This document shows positions 51,601 to 63,281 of a DNA stretch of 64,000 bases, piece after piece. Each line of letters starts with the position of its first letter. Position 1 is the first letter of the stretch. The DNA is from Lytechinus pictus (lineage: Eukaryota): assembly GCF_037042905.1 (NCBI RefSeq), contig NC_087251.1, positions 43,464,001-43,528,000 of the forward strand, read 5' to 3'. The notes under the pieces were generated by a model, which was given only the letters and a program-made list of their open reading frames with translations, made no database searches and was not told the DNA's origin. The translations under genes were made by a program, and so were the position numbers.

Positions 51601-54600
51601 GTATAAGAATAAAGTAGGTCTACACATGCAGTTAAGTAACTTGTGTTAAGAGTTGGAAAAATCGTAGTGTCATCAGATGGAATGATAATGGTGCAAGAGA
51701 GTCTAGAATTCGGAAACTGTGGGGTGAAAATCGACAAACAAAAAAACTTACATGAATCTTTAATTAGTTAGTGATGAACGGAAGATTTAACTTTCGGGGG
51801 GTCAAATTTCTTTTTTGTATATTAAGCGACCATTCATTTAATTTTTCATTTCATTTTATGATAGTGAATTATCAGGTGATGAAGTAAATCCTGACTGGGC
51901 AGGAAACCTGGATGTGACCTATCGATACGGACCGGGATTTATCAACCCAGAAAGGTAAGAGTTTAGCGATAAGCTACTTCGAAACTTGAGAAATACGTGC
52001 ATTTTTAAGGGTTTTTACAGGTACATATATATATGTACAACGGATTCGGAATTCTCTGAAGTTCATTTTGATAATATATTTAATTCAATTTATTTTATTG
52101 TGGATTTTCTGACTCGGTCTAGTATAATTTCAATCTTTGATATCATTTATGACTCACTCGGGATACTGCATGGGATATTAATCACAATCACAGACATAAT
52201 AAAATAAAATCATATTCTAGTGAGGAAAAGTATTATAATTTTATTTTTTAATATTCTCCTATTTTGGCCAGAATTGTAACGATTTTAATGTAATACTATT
52301 TTCGATTTTAAAGACCATTCTAAAGACTTAAGTCCATGTTAAAGACTACTTGGATTTGAAAAAAGTCCAATTGACTCCATCATTGTTGAATTAGTGTACT
52401 GTCAGTAAATTTGACTATTGTAGTCACATACACAAAAACGACTCCAGACTGATCAGCGCAATTTTGAATGATGATTCATCTATTAGTTTGGAATCAGTTT
52501 CATTGATGTAATATTTACCAAAGTTTCTTCATAACGCCCTTTTGAAATACTTTAGCTGTTTTTAAAAATATTTTTTAACCAGGAAGGTCAAAATGAGCAT
52601 CCACACATCACGTGAGATCAGAACAACTTATGACGTCATCGGAATCATTAATGGAGCGCTGGAGCCAGGTAAAACCTCGTTCCTACTGCTGTCACGCGGT
52701 TCGCGCCACGATTGAAAACTTTAGTCTTAATCTTGAAGTAATCGTAGTTATCGTATCAGATCGTATAAGATCAGTCATGTATTGATCGTAGACAAATTTC
52801 AGACGGTTCAGTGTTAAGTTCGCGATCAGCTACGAAGGACCAATCGTGGAGTTCGGATAGATCGGACGACAACAGTGGGCAGGAGGTCATAAAGTTTTAG
52901 CTACCCGCCTTATCGTTATTGATAATAACTATTCAAAGATCATAACTATTCAAATAAGAAGTTTGTTAAAGGACAAGTCCACCCCAACAAAACGTTGATT
53001 TCAATGAAACGAGAAAAAATCCAACAAGCATAACACTGAAAATTTCATCACAATCGGATGTAAAATAAGAAAGGTATGACTTTTTAAAGTTTCGCTTAAT
53101 TTCACAAACTGTTATTTGCATATCCTGTATCCATCAGTATGCTAATGAGGGGACTGATGACGCCATGCACCCACTCGCTTTTTCTTTCGCATTTTATTAT
53201 ATGAATTATTCTAATTTTCTCTTTAGTGTAATAAAAAAAATGAAGTTTTATTCCTCCCTGAGCATGTGGAATTACCATTGCCATAAGGTTTTATGGTTCA
53301 GTCAAGTTGGTCCATATATTGTCAAATCTGTAACAAAAATGAAATACTGTATAATTAATTTAAAAAAAATAGTGAGTGAGAGGCTTGATCGACTCTCATT
53401 TCACTGAGTTGTGCATAGACCTGTTTGGTCCTAAATTGGCGAAACTTTAAAATGTCATAAATTTCTAATTTTGCATCCGATTTTAATGAAATTTCAGCGT
53501 TATGCTTGTTTGAATTTTCTCTTTCGATTCAAATCAACATTTTTCTGGGGTGGACTTGACATTTGAATAATCAAATCAAAGAAGCCTGAGACTGAAAATT
53601 TCATCAAAATTGGAGGTAAAACAGTATAATATCAATTTTTTCTGTTATTTTTTTAGATCAAGAACAGTCAAGGTTTAATATGAATCAATCGCAACTCTCC
53701 ATTAGAATGAGCCATAAATGTCTGTGTTACTTTTTTTTTATGAGGCGAAAATTTTAAATGACATAACTTTCTCATTTTCAATCAAATTTAAATGGAATTT
53801 TCAATATTACATTTTTAAATAGCAATTTTTTAAAACTTCAAATCAACCTTCCGAGGATGGACATGACCTTCAATTTAATATGAAGAGAAAAAAAAGTGTT
53901 TGACCTTCAATTTAATATGAAAAGAAAAAAAAAAGTGTTTGTGTGCATTAATTCAAGGTGTTTTTAAGGCGTTTCAAAGCATTGTATTACTGTTCAAAAT
54001 ATTATGAAATAATTATCGGAAAACATGACAGACAGTAATGTGTGATGTTTAACCTTCAGTACTTTCGATTAGAAATCAATGGACAAAACAAGACCAATTT
54101 GTTCTTGTAAAATACCATCCAATTGCGTTATCTGCTTCTACTTAATTTCTCATGATTGACAAACAATAATATATACATTTTTTTTATTTTCCAGATCGTT
54201 ATGTAATGATGGGCAACCATCGTGATGCCTGGGTGTATGGTGCTGTAGACCCTTCCAGTGGGACAGCAGTTCTTATGGAAAGTGCAAGGGTCTACTCAAG
54301 GATGCTAAACACAGGTAATCCATTATTCGTTTCTTACCCTTTTTCGTTAAAAATGACAGGGGCTTTGGAACCATGGGGGAGGAGGCTTCAGCTCCCCCAC
54401 GTTTTTCAAAACCTTCTAGAAAAACGAAACAAATAAAAATTACCATCTGATTGTGATTTTTGCATGGTCACCCCCCCCCCTTCAAACCTGTCCCGCGGCC
54501 CCTTTTATTTTTATTGTGCTTATTGCTCTGCATCATTTTTTCTTCTTGTTGATTCTTTGTCAATGATAGTTCACTTCGTGCTCCTCGCTTATAATCTCTG

Positions 54601-57600
54601 TCTCTCGTATCTATTTGGTAATTTCTCAATCATTTCGGTATATCTAAAATCATTACATTTTTCCTGGGGAAATTTGAATAATATTACGACATTGCTGACG
54701 TTCACACTGGGAATTAGATAATGTTCGATTATCATGCGATCAACAGATCTAATTCACTGGGTGCAAATTAGAGGTACGTTTACATAATCGATTTCAGTAA
54801 TTACAAATGAATAAAACATACAAGATAGAAAATAGGAAATAAAAATAAACAATAAATAAACAATAAAACATAAAGTAAATCAAGGGATGTAAAGACATGT
54901 TTTTTTTCATTGTGATTTTTCAATTACTGTATTGAAAAATTATTTTGGTTCAATGTACTCATGGCAACAGTGTCCAGAAGACACTATTACCATAAACGGC
55001 ACATAAGTCTTCTCTCATTATTATAGATTGGAATATGAATCCAACAACTTTCAAGCAAGTGATTTCATTTTAAACAAGAAAAAGTTTTGTTTCATGTGTT
55101 GGAATCTCTTACACTAATAATGACGATTCAGAACCCCTTGTACATGTTGTACAAACACGCCTTTCCAATTCAACGTGCTATTAAACACTGACATATTGAC
55201 ATTTTTCTGTTAGAAAAAAATTATAATTTGTCTCATGTCCATGACTAGGTTGGAGACCTCGCCGTACGGTCATGTTCTGTTCATGGGGAGCCGAGGAGTA
55301 TGGCCTTCTTGGGTCAACTGAATTCGTTGAGGTATTTTTTATTGATCAGACAGAGATGCAGATTTTCCTGTTATCGTTTGACGATTCGCTGATAATTTTT
55401 TGAGCAATCGAGAATAAAAACAGCACTTACACAAAAAAGACAATTTCAAAAATAACCAACTCTTTGGCGCACTGATATAACTTTTGGTTTGTCCATTCGT
55501 AATTTTCCATACCAGAAATTAATTCCAAAATTATCCAAAAAATAATATGTTATTCAAAAAAATATATCCCTTTATTTGACGAAATTACAGAAAATACATT
55601 GTTTTAAAATTTGGATTTCTAATGAGACTTTTTTTTTTTTTTGGGGGGGTGAATATCCAATCGGTTTACATCATGCCCAATGAATTTTGTCGATTTTTGT
55701 ATATTGTACTCGAATTAAGCCCCAGTCACGTCTACAAGGCGATCCGGGGCTAATCTATCCCGGAACTCCCCAGATCGTGTCGGCATGATCCGGGAGGTCC
55801 GGTTTACGCCCTGGGCGAGTGTTGGTGACTGTATACACGATATCAACACGGCATCTTCATGGCGCTAACACGGATGTACACGGACCATGCCGGCAGAGCA
55901 CGGCGTCTACACGGATAAACAGAGCAGCTCCATGGACCAAAACGGCTGTCCACGGATGATTCCGAATGTTTCTGATCTCCCCCAAAACTACCGTGTTGGC
56001 TCCACGGACCGACACGGTCCTCCAAGGATTCCCAAGGCGCCTACACGGATCTCTCTTCGGATCACCACGGATCTGGGGGGCGTTTCATGAAAGGACCTGT
56101 CGGACATTTTATCCGACAAGTCCCATTTTATTCGACAGTTACCATAGTAACAGTGCCTCTCAGCCAATCAACATCAGAGAAAGATGTCAGATCTGACAAC
56201 TTGTCGGATGAAAATGTTGATGAAACACTCCCCAGATCCGGGTGGTCCGGTGTCTATATGTGACAGGGGCTTGAAAAAAACCCATGAAACTCGACTTTTA
56301 AAACTACTATGTATTGACCACACGTTTAGGACTTTCTTCTTTTTAGACGTAGTAAAACAATTTGATGGTCTTGGTAATTACTTGAGTGGAATTTAAATGA
56401 TTTTCTATATACTTATAATCTAGGAATACCAGAAAGTGTTAGGGGAAAGGGCTGTTGCGTATATCAACACAGATGTCGCTGTAAGAGGAAACTGGACCTT
56501 CAGAGCTAAATCAACACCTTTATTACAGAAGGCTCTCTTCGACGCTGCTAAGAAGGTATTTCAAGTGTACACTGGTGCCCAGGTGGGGGTGGGGGTGGGG
56601 GGGGCTTGGAAGAGCAATGGACCAAAAAATATTTCCACGACTGAGGAAAGTAAGGAGACAATAGAAATAAGGGGAAAGTGGAAAAGGTAAAACGTAATAT
56701 TATTTTCTCTTTTTTTATGTTATCATATTTTATTATTTTGTAAGAATATGTCGAAACCTGTCACAAAATTATATTTTTATTTCTCTGGAAGAAAAAAAAA
56801 ACCGGCAAGTGGATCAACGTTATTCATTATCATTTATTCGTTTTATTTCTGTAAAGATGGAAATGGTGAAATAATTACAAATATTTCATATCTTATTTGC
56901 AATGAGGTACCTGACGGTGAAACGAGAGAGAGAACGACTTACGATGTTTGGCTTGAACGACTACCCGACAGCAGCGGCAACGGCCTACCGCAGTATGTTG
57001 ATATAGATCCTATATTTCAATAACTTCAGAGCAAAGTGATATCTAATCTTTATTTAAACAATACACAAATTTACATAAGAGTTGATATTATAGGCTTTTA
57101 TCATGGTCCGTGTGTGTCATTGTTGCAATATGCATACATTTCATTTTTTCTTTCTTTTTAGAAACTCTCAAATTACTTCTTTTCTAAAGCTTTGCTTGAA
57201 CCGATTTCCCAAACCGTTGAATTAATGATAAAAACTTTAGGAATATTCGGCGATTGCAATTTTTCAATGACATGTTATGATTTTTTTTTTTTTTTTTTTT
57301 GCTACAGTGTCAGCGTTCTTGGATCTGGAAGTGACTTTGCTCCGTTCATGTATCGAATCGGTGTACCGTGCAGTGACCTATCATACACCTATGACTCGGT
57401 AATCAAAATACCATTACTTTAAATTAAAAGAAACTATCAGTTTATAATACAATAATCTCTGATGCTTGAAATAATAGGCTTAAAAGCAGATTCTTTTATT
57501 TCAGTCAAGTTGTCATATACATTCAAATTAGTTTGTTTCATGAACACAAGGTAGAAGCACACGGTCAATATTACATGCGACAGCAAAGGATGGATCTCTT

Positions 57601-60600
57601 TTTTTAAGAAGGAAATATTCAAACTTAGTTTGTTTTTCTCATTGTATCGTTTTTAATTTCTTGAAGATTTAGTATGAGTGATGATATCCACGCAATCATT
57701 CCCGTATAAAATGAAATATGATTTTTTTTCTTTCCCAATATCTTCGTCAATACTCATATAAATCATGATCATAAACAGAGTCTTGGGATATCATCATACC
57801 CCGTGTACCATTCCGTTTATGAAACATTTTACATAGTCAAGACCTTCATTGATTACAACTTCTGGCGCCATCAGTCTGTTGCTCGGGTTCAGCTTGAATT
57901 CTCGCGAAATCTCGCAGATTCCGTGATACTACCGTTTGGCGTCCTCGACTATGCTACGAAACTGAAATCGTCTATTGATAATCTGGAAGATGAGTACGGT
58001 ACCAAGATGAATGCGCAGAGTATCACATTTGGTGAGTTATGTAGTTGCTTGAAACAGTCGGGTGTACAGACCCTATGCAGTGACGTCATCACGCCACCAT
58101 CTTAGAGGCTGAAGCCATTGCCTCGCATGCGTTGGTGATCTGCAGCTGGTGTATCGATGACAATTTCGTTTACGCGTATTCCTATGTCCTCTAAGGGAGG
58201 GCGCTGTACGATAATGTCGTCATATGCTTAGGGTCTATAAAGAAAAGTCAGGAAATGGAGCATTGACATCGTTTGAAATTACCAGGTCATTAAACAAATG
58301 TCAAGAGAAACCGTTTTGCTGCAGTGGACATTCATATTCAGTGAAGGTTGAACGTTACATACTCACGCATAATAATTAGCGATATGAATATTTCAAACCT
58401 GAAAGTATCTATAATGAAAATTATTAATTTAAATATTAGAATATAATTGTACAGGTACAAAAGGTCAGTAAACTACTATTTCATCATTGCCTTGATGACA
58501 AAAGGAATCACAATACAATGATGTGGTACTTATTATGGTACAATGATACATGGAAATTAAATTATACTGTCTCCTTTTTTTTTTTCATTTCAATTTTTTT
58601 TCTTCCGGTAGAATACATTGATTCAGCTCTGACCAACTTTACCGCGGTTGCTACATCGTTCGAACAGCAAATAACTCAAATAGATGTTGAGGAGTAAGTA
58701 CAGAAAGAAGTGATTTATAATAACAATGACAATACTAATAATGGTAATGATAATGATAATAATACTAATAATGATATTAGCAACAATAACGGCATATTTA
58801 CCCAGGGTAGCCACTTCAGTTGCGAAAACTGTTCTCCCAGCGAGCCCTGATAATATCAATAGATTTCAATAACTTTGCATTTGTAATTGTCTTTATCATT
58901 GGTATTACAATCATTCTTGTATATATTTATTGGTTCTTCATCATCATCATAGTATTAGAATTATTATGATTCTTACATATACCATAGCCATTTTTACCAT
59001 CTTAATAAATGACTTCTTTTTCTTTTTTCTTGTTTTTCATGAAAAAAAAAAAAAAAAAGATTTTTTTCTTATAAAAAAGTTTCTTCCTCTTGGGTGAGCA
59101 GGTGTAAAATTTGTTGGAGTGAAGATGTTCATCATAAAGTAAATTCATTGAAAACTAAACACATCAAACTAAAATGCTATGCGAAAAATGTTAACAACGC
59201 ATGCAATAACAAATATTAACTTGATCACATTATAGGGTAAATTAGATACATGGAAAGTAAAATTCATAAATATACCTAAATAAAATTAAAGAAATGCCAC
59301 TTTAAATGCACAGTTATAAGGCTACTTGCAGTGCAAGTTTACTAATACATTTTAAAGATAATTTGAAGTAACACTGGCTGCTCTGTTTAAACTGTTGAAA
59401 TACTTGCTGCAAAGTTTATATATTAAACCGCGTTGTATATTGTTAACAACGTTTCTACTGTGTACAGTTGTGTAAAATCGAATTACAAAAGGTTTGAAAA
59501 CGAAAGTTAATGCCCGATGTTTCAATTTACCATTGTTTATTCGATTGGGGATTTGAAAAAAAAAACACTGTATAAAGCATACTGTGACGTCACACTATGA
59601 CGTTCATGCTACGATCACAAATACCTTTACCAACATCATACACTGCAAAAACTCCGGTGTTGATTTAACACCAGCCTGGAATCTATATATGTCCACACCA
59701 GAGAAGTATTGAAATAACACCAGTTTGGAATCAAACCGATGCCGATTTAAGACTAATTGGTGTTTTATAAACACATATCTGGTGTTAGGCCAAAACCAAG
59801 TGGTGTAGTTTAAACTTCTCTTGTGTGGACATATATAGATTCCGGGCTGGTGTTAAATCAACACCGGGTTTTTCAGTGTACTAACGAATTTTATGACGTT
59901 TTATGAATTTTATAAGTAGTATGAAATCATTTGGACGGTGTTCGCATTACGTCGATTAATATTTGTAAAAAAAAGTTAATACTTGCGCGAGGGTGAATAA
60001 ATTAATTATTGATTTTGAAACAATTTTGGTTTTCTTTCGATGTTAGGTGCATGGATAGAGGGACGAAATATACAGAAGGAAAAGAACATATATAGGCCTA
60101 CTGAGCAAACGATAAGAAAATCAATTTCCGTACTTTAGCAAACAAATTTCTTTACGTACAATAATGTTTTCTATCTTTCAATTCTAGTCCCATTGCAGTG
60201 AGACGTGTTAATGATCAGATGATGCAACTTGAACGAGCTTTTATTGATCCAGCAGGTCTTCCAGATAGGAAATGGCTGAGGTGAGCAATTTATTAGGAAT
60301 ATCTTGCTAACGCATTTATGAAAGTCCACCATTACTCGTCTTTAATTGAATTATTTATTGATGAGGACTTTCTGAGCAAGCTTTCATTGTAACACACTAA
60401 ACATTACGAGTATCTTTTAAAACTAAGTACGTTTCTTTTTCCTCTTTCTTTTTTTTATATAGGCACGTGGTTTTTGCTCCGAGCAGTGTAAATTACTACG
60501 CAGGTGATGCTTTTCCCGCCCTTGTCGATGCCATGTACCAAATTGATGACGACATTAATCAGGTGACTCGATGGAATGCAGTCAGAGAACAGATGGCCAT

Positions 60601-60658
60601 CACAGCCTTCATCATCCAATCAGCGGCTAGCACACTTACTGACGTCACACAATTTTGA
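37995..60658 (+). CDS. FOLH1-like: Glutamate carboxypeptidase II / NAALADase-like type II membrane metallopeptidase (M28B); 17 coding exons, about 734 aa
   Basis: All 16 introns are GT-AG and phase-consistent, giving a 2205-nt open frame. It has an N-terminal signal anchor, a PA domain ([24 protein letters not shown]), Zn ligand and catalytic motifs ([38 protein letters not shown]) and a TfR-like dimerisation domain ([22 protein letters not shown]). The exact ortholog cannot be assigned without a tree. Confidence 0.95.
38422..38578 (+). CDS. M28B gene exon 2
   Basis: tag| [11 protein letters not shown]...[15 protein letters not shown] |gtaata. Confidence 0.93.
39568..39627. repeat. (TA)n microsatellite
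   Basis: About 30 TA units. Confidence 0.95.
39728..39799 (-). tRNA. tRNA-like cloverleaf, tRNA-Glu-like scaffold with in-register anticodon TCA; probably repeat-borne
   Basis: GACTCTG TG GTCT AGTGGTTA AGGC A CCGGC GTTCAAA GCTGG GGGC CCGGG TTCGATT CCCGG CAGAGAC A, followed immediately by TTTTTT. Confidence 0.5.
42212..42340 (+). CDS. M28B gene exon 3
   Basis: cag| VMITENG...[15 protein letters not shown] |gtaaga. Confidence 0.93.
43299..43427 (+). CDS. M28B gene exon 4
   Basis: cag| [14 protein letters not shown]...[11 protein letters not shown] |gtaaat. Confidence 0.95.
43727..43807 (+). mobile_element. tRNA-derived head (SINE-like), interrupted by the 43808 transposon
   Basis: A box TGGTCTAGTGG, B box GGTTCGAATCC. 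Confidence 0.6.
45537..46122. mobile_element. TTAA-target (Kolobok-like) element in the left foldback arm
   Basis: TTAA|AGGGGAATCCAGCC...GGTTGGATTCTCCT|TTTA; absent from the right arm. Confidence 0.75.
47850..48059. mobile_element. Possible small TIR insertion in the right foldback arm
   Basis: CAAAGGCGTAGACTGG/CCAGCCTATGCCCTTG match at 13 of 16 inverted; no counterpart in the left arm; no clear TSD. Confidence 0.45.
48394..48952. mobile_element. TIR element with a perfect 8-bp TSD in the right foldback arm
   Basis: TGACAAAT|CGGGGG...CCCCCCGGG|TGACAAAT; TIR about 45 bp; the left arm shows the empty site at about 45384. Confidence 0.88.
50831..51020 (+). CDS. M28B gene exon 5
   Basis: tag| [21 protein letters not shown]...QRGNT...[11 protein letters not shown] |gtaagt. 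Confidence 0.95.
51286..51376 (+). CDS. M28B gene exon 6
   Basis: aag| YAYR...[18 protein letters not shown] |gtatcg. Confidence 0.9.
51865..51954 (+). CDS. M28B gene exon 7
   Basis: tag| [25 protein letters not shown] |gtaaga. Confidence 0.9.
52583..52668 (+). CDS. M28B gene exon 8
   Basis: cag| KVKMSIH...[13 protein letters not shown] |gtaaaa. Confidence 0.93.
52970..53562. mobile_element. Second copy of the 5221-5816 TTAA element; degenerate relative at about 53590-53870
   Basis: TTAA|AGGACAAGTCCACCCC...GGGGTGGACTTGACAT; collinear with 5221-5816. Confidence 0.85.
54195..54314 (+). CDS. M28B gene exon 9 (Zn ligands His and Asp)
   Basis: cag| [24 protein letters not shown]... |gtaatc. 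Confidence 0.95.
55249..55331 (+). CDS. M28B gene exon 10 (catalytic EE)
   Basis: tag| [27 protein letters not shown] |gtattt. Confidence 0.95.
55718..56271. mobile_element. PIF/Harbinger-like MITE carrying a nested MITE (56073-56235, AT TSD)
   Basis: TTA|AGCCCCAGTCAC...GTGACAGGGGCT|TGA; internal CACGG repeats. Confidence 0.7.
56424..56555 (+). CDS. M28B gene exon 11
   Basis: tag| [32 protein letters not shown]... |gtattt. Confidence 0.93.
56907..56992 (+). CDS. M28B gene exon 12
   Basis: gag| [20 protein letters not shown]...GLP |gtatgt; the GAG acceptor is unusual but the phases fit. Confidence 0.8.
57308..57398 (+). CDS. M28B gene exon 13
   Basis: cag| [30 protein letters not shown] |gtaatc. 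Confidence 0.93.
57779..58031 (+). CDS. M28B gene exon 14 (Zn ligand His)
   Basis: cag| [17 protein letters not shown]...LADSVILPF...ITF |gtgagt. Confidence 0.93.
58065..58239. mobile_element. Short palindromic MITE
   Basis: TACAGACCCTATGCA...TGCTTAGGGTCTATA; inner TTAGAGG/CCTCTAA. Confidence 0.6.
58612..58693 (+). CDS. M28B gene exon 15
   Basis: tag| [20 protein letters not shown]... |gtaagt. Confidence 0.92.
59641..59878. mobile_element. Palindromic MITE with CACTG termini and 2-bp TSD
   Basis: TA|CACTGCAAAAACTCCGGTGTTGATTTAACACCAG...CTGGTGTTAAATCAACACCGGGTTTTTCAGTG|TA. Confidence 0.85.
60188..60280 (+). CDS. M28B gene exon 16
   Basis: tag| [30 protein letters not shown] |gtgagc. Confidence 0.95.
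60463..60658 (+). CDS. M28B gene exon 17 (terminal)
   Basis: tag| [18 protein letters not shown]...[14 protein letters not shown]. Confidence 0.95.
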
Positions 60659-61485
60659 AACGCCTTTTCTCATTTTTTTAACAAGAATTCCGGCGCATCC
60701 CATTTTTTTGTTAACGCTTCTTCATTAAGGTCTACAAAGTAATGTACTGTATCGATAACTGTTGCCTAACATTAATATTGAATTATATCCCAAACAAAAA
60801 TGTATGTGTGGTACCAACAACTTTTAAAACAATGTTCTTTTGGGGGGTAGGTCATATTTTAATGAGTGCATTTTTATTTTTGTCTGTCTCATCAAATAGT
60901 TTATCCATATTTCGTTCCATGATAATGATTAGGCAGTGATAATTGATATACTTACATTTTAAGAAATTATGTAGGCATATTGGTTTTATATGATAAATCA
61001 TTTTTGAAGAAGGTGCACTAATCACATGGCGATACATTGTATTTTCATTTAAAATTGTTGGACATATTTGTTAAGTTTGATTTGTTGTTATTGCAGAATA
61101 GATAAACGAAAAGATCAAACATTGGTGAATGTTCTATTTTCATCTAGACTTAAATATATACATATATGTGATTGTGTGTGTGCGTGGGTGTTGTTTGTGA
61201 GTGTGGGTGCGCATGTAGGGTGTGTGGTGTCTATGTATGGGTGTGTGCGCATGGGAGGGTGTGTGTTTGTGTGCATGTAGCTTCAAAGCCTCTAACAGCT
61301 TGCTCGTAATATTGAAGGCACAATTTCTTTTAAATGTAATTGTCCATAATACACGTGGTGATAAGATATAAAAGAGATATTTACACCTATAATAATAATA
61401 TATTCAAATTCTATCATGTACGACTTCGAATATTATACACACAAATCCTCACACTCACCCTTACGCACACCCACACACACACCCT

Positions 61486-61533
<48 letters not shown>

Positions 61534-61682
61534 GGGATTCAAGAGAAGTAGATATCTATCAACGTAACAAGTTTTATCGCCTTTTATTTACAAGCTTTTA
61601 GCCTTTATAGGCCCTTCCTCATGTGTACACGAAGGTTTAACATGATAAATAAATATATATTTCATTATTCAAGCCTGTTTGC

Positions 61683-61949
61683 ATAAGAATTATACGAGTT
61701 TAAATGAAAATATTTGAATAGCGATTATTGAAATCATTATTGACATTGATTTTTTTATGGATAAAATTTAAAACATAGGCCTACATAACCGATTCTCATA
61801 TTACGTCGAGGGAACTATAAGAATTATACGAGTTTAAATGAAAATATTTGAATAGCGATTATTGAAATCATTATTGACATTCAATTTTTATGGATAAAAT
61901 TTAAAACATAGACCTCCATAACCGATTCTCATATTACGTCGAGGGAACT
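61683..61949. repeat. Direct tandem duplication, 2 x about 134 bp
   Basis: ATAAGAATTATACGAG...CGTCGAGGGAACT at 61683 and 61817, few mismatches. Confidence 0.9.
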
Positions 61950-61974
61950 TACAGGGGGCGTAAAGGCAGCTCGA

Positions 61975-62078
61975 GCTAAAGCCGGGGTAATATATAGGAA
62001 TAACAACGCGCCTCGGAATAGTATATTTCTAGATAGATGGCGCTATATAAATGCATATTATTATCATCATTATTATTA
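61975..62078 (+). mobile_element. SINE/LINE 3' end fragment
   Basis: CCGGGGTAATA...GCGCTATATAAATGC plus (ATT)n, resembling the 3' end of the 8726-9076 SINE. Confidence 0.55.
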
Positions 62079-63084
62079 AGGATGATTTTGATTTCAAATA
62101 CTACAAAAATAACATTAATATACTGTAGGTTGAGATAGTGAATTGATTTTAAGTATGCAGACTTGGAAACTCTCTCACACACACACACACACACTTTTAC
62201 ATCCGCTTCATAAATTCCACCCACATACACACCGACACACACACCCTCTCACTCCTGAACACACACACACACACGCTCATTAGCGTAAATAACTAATATC
62301 TTATCTTAAACTAATGTACTTACATGTAGTCGCATTAAAGCTAAGAAACAGAGGTGGCATGTGAGAGTGAGGTGAATACATGTATATCTTTTTCAGATAT
62401 CTCCAAGGAGAATGTGCATATATACTATTCCACTCGGTATTTATATGGCCATTGACCCTTCAAGTGGGGGGAAACAAAAGCGTGGTGTTTGTGGGAGGGG
62501 GAGTGAATCTTTTCACTGCAACCTGAAGTTCTGCACAATAAGACAAAATAATGCAGAAGGTCCCATTTCTAAAGTCTTTGGTATGACACGGTTGGGGATC
62601 GTATCCCGACCTCCCGTCCATGAGGCGGACCAATTGTACCAGAAACTGACAAATTTTGGGGCATTTCTAAATGACATCTTGCAAATAAAATTCATTACAA
62701 AATTTACTTAAAGTTATGTTTATATGTTTTTTGCTCGCTTCCTACACTCGCTTGCGAACTTTTCAAGGCACTCATAAGTATCCAAACCATAGCCCCCTGA
62801 TAAATTTGGCCTCTTCACGCGACAGGTACTAGAGAAAACAACAACAACAACAACCATGCTGTACTTCATCGAACTTTATCTGAAGTTTCGAAAGTTGAGT
62901 GACATTTTAAACAAACTAACCCATAAATGTGGTTTATGAATTAGTTGCAATAAACAGTTGGACGGAAGTACAGGCGGTATGCAGTTCCATGTTCTATTTG
63001 GCTTCTGCGTTAACGTGCATGCAGCATTGGCAGGGATCGGCATTCAATATTCGCTCAAAAGACGAAGAGGTGACAAGAATAAAA

Positions 63085-63281
63085 ATGAAAGGAGATAATA
63101 AACTTTCTCGGTGGATTGCATTCATGGTGCTTGGATGTGTACTCTTCATGGTAGGATTTTTAATTGGATATCTTGGACATCCAAAGGATTTCTGTTCATT
63201 ATTTTCAGCGGTGGAAACTGATAAAATCAGTCGAATGATGATTGATGAATGCAAAGCTGAAAATATCGAACAAAATCTCAG
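63085..63281 (+). CDS. Exon 1 of a second, tandem M28B paralog; the gene presumably continues beyond the window
   Basis: Same length (197 nt), phase and TM anchor as 37995-38191; MKGDNK...[15 protein letters not shown] with AG|gtagg donor. Confidence 0.85.

Noticed and set aside
62929..63084. Longer N-terminus for paralog 2 suggested by the ORF track
   Set aside because: It starts at GTG; homology with gene 1 begins at the ATG at 63085
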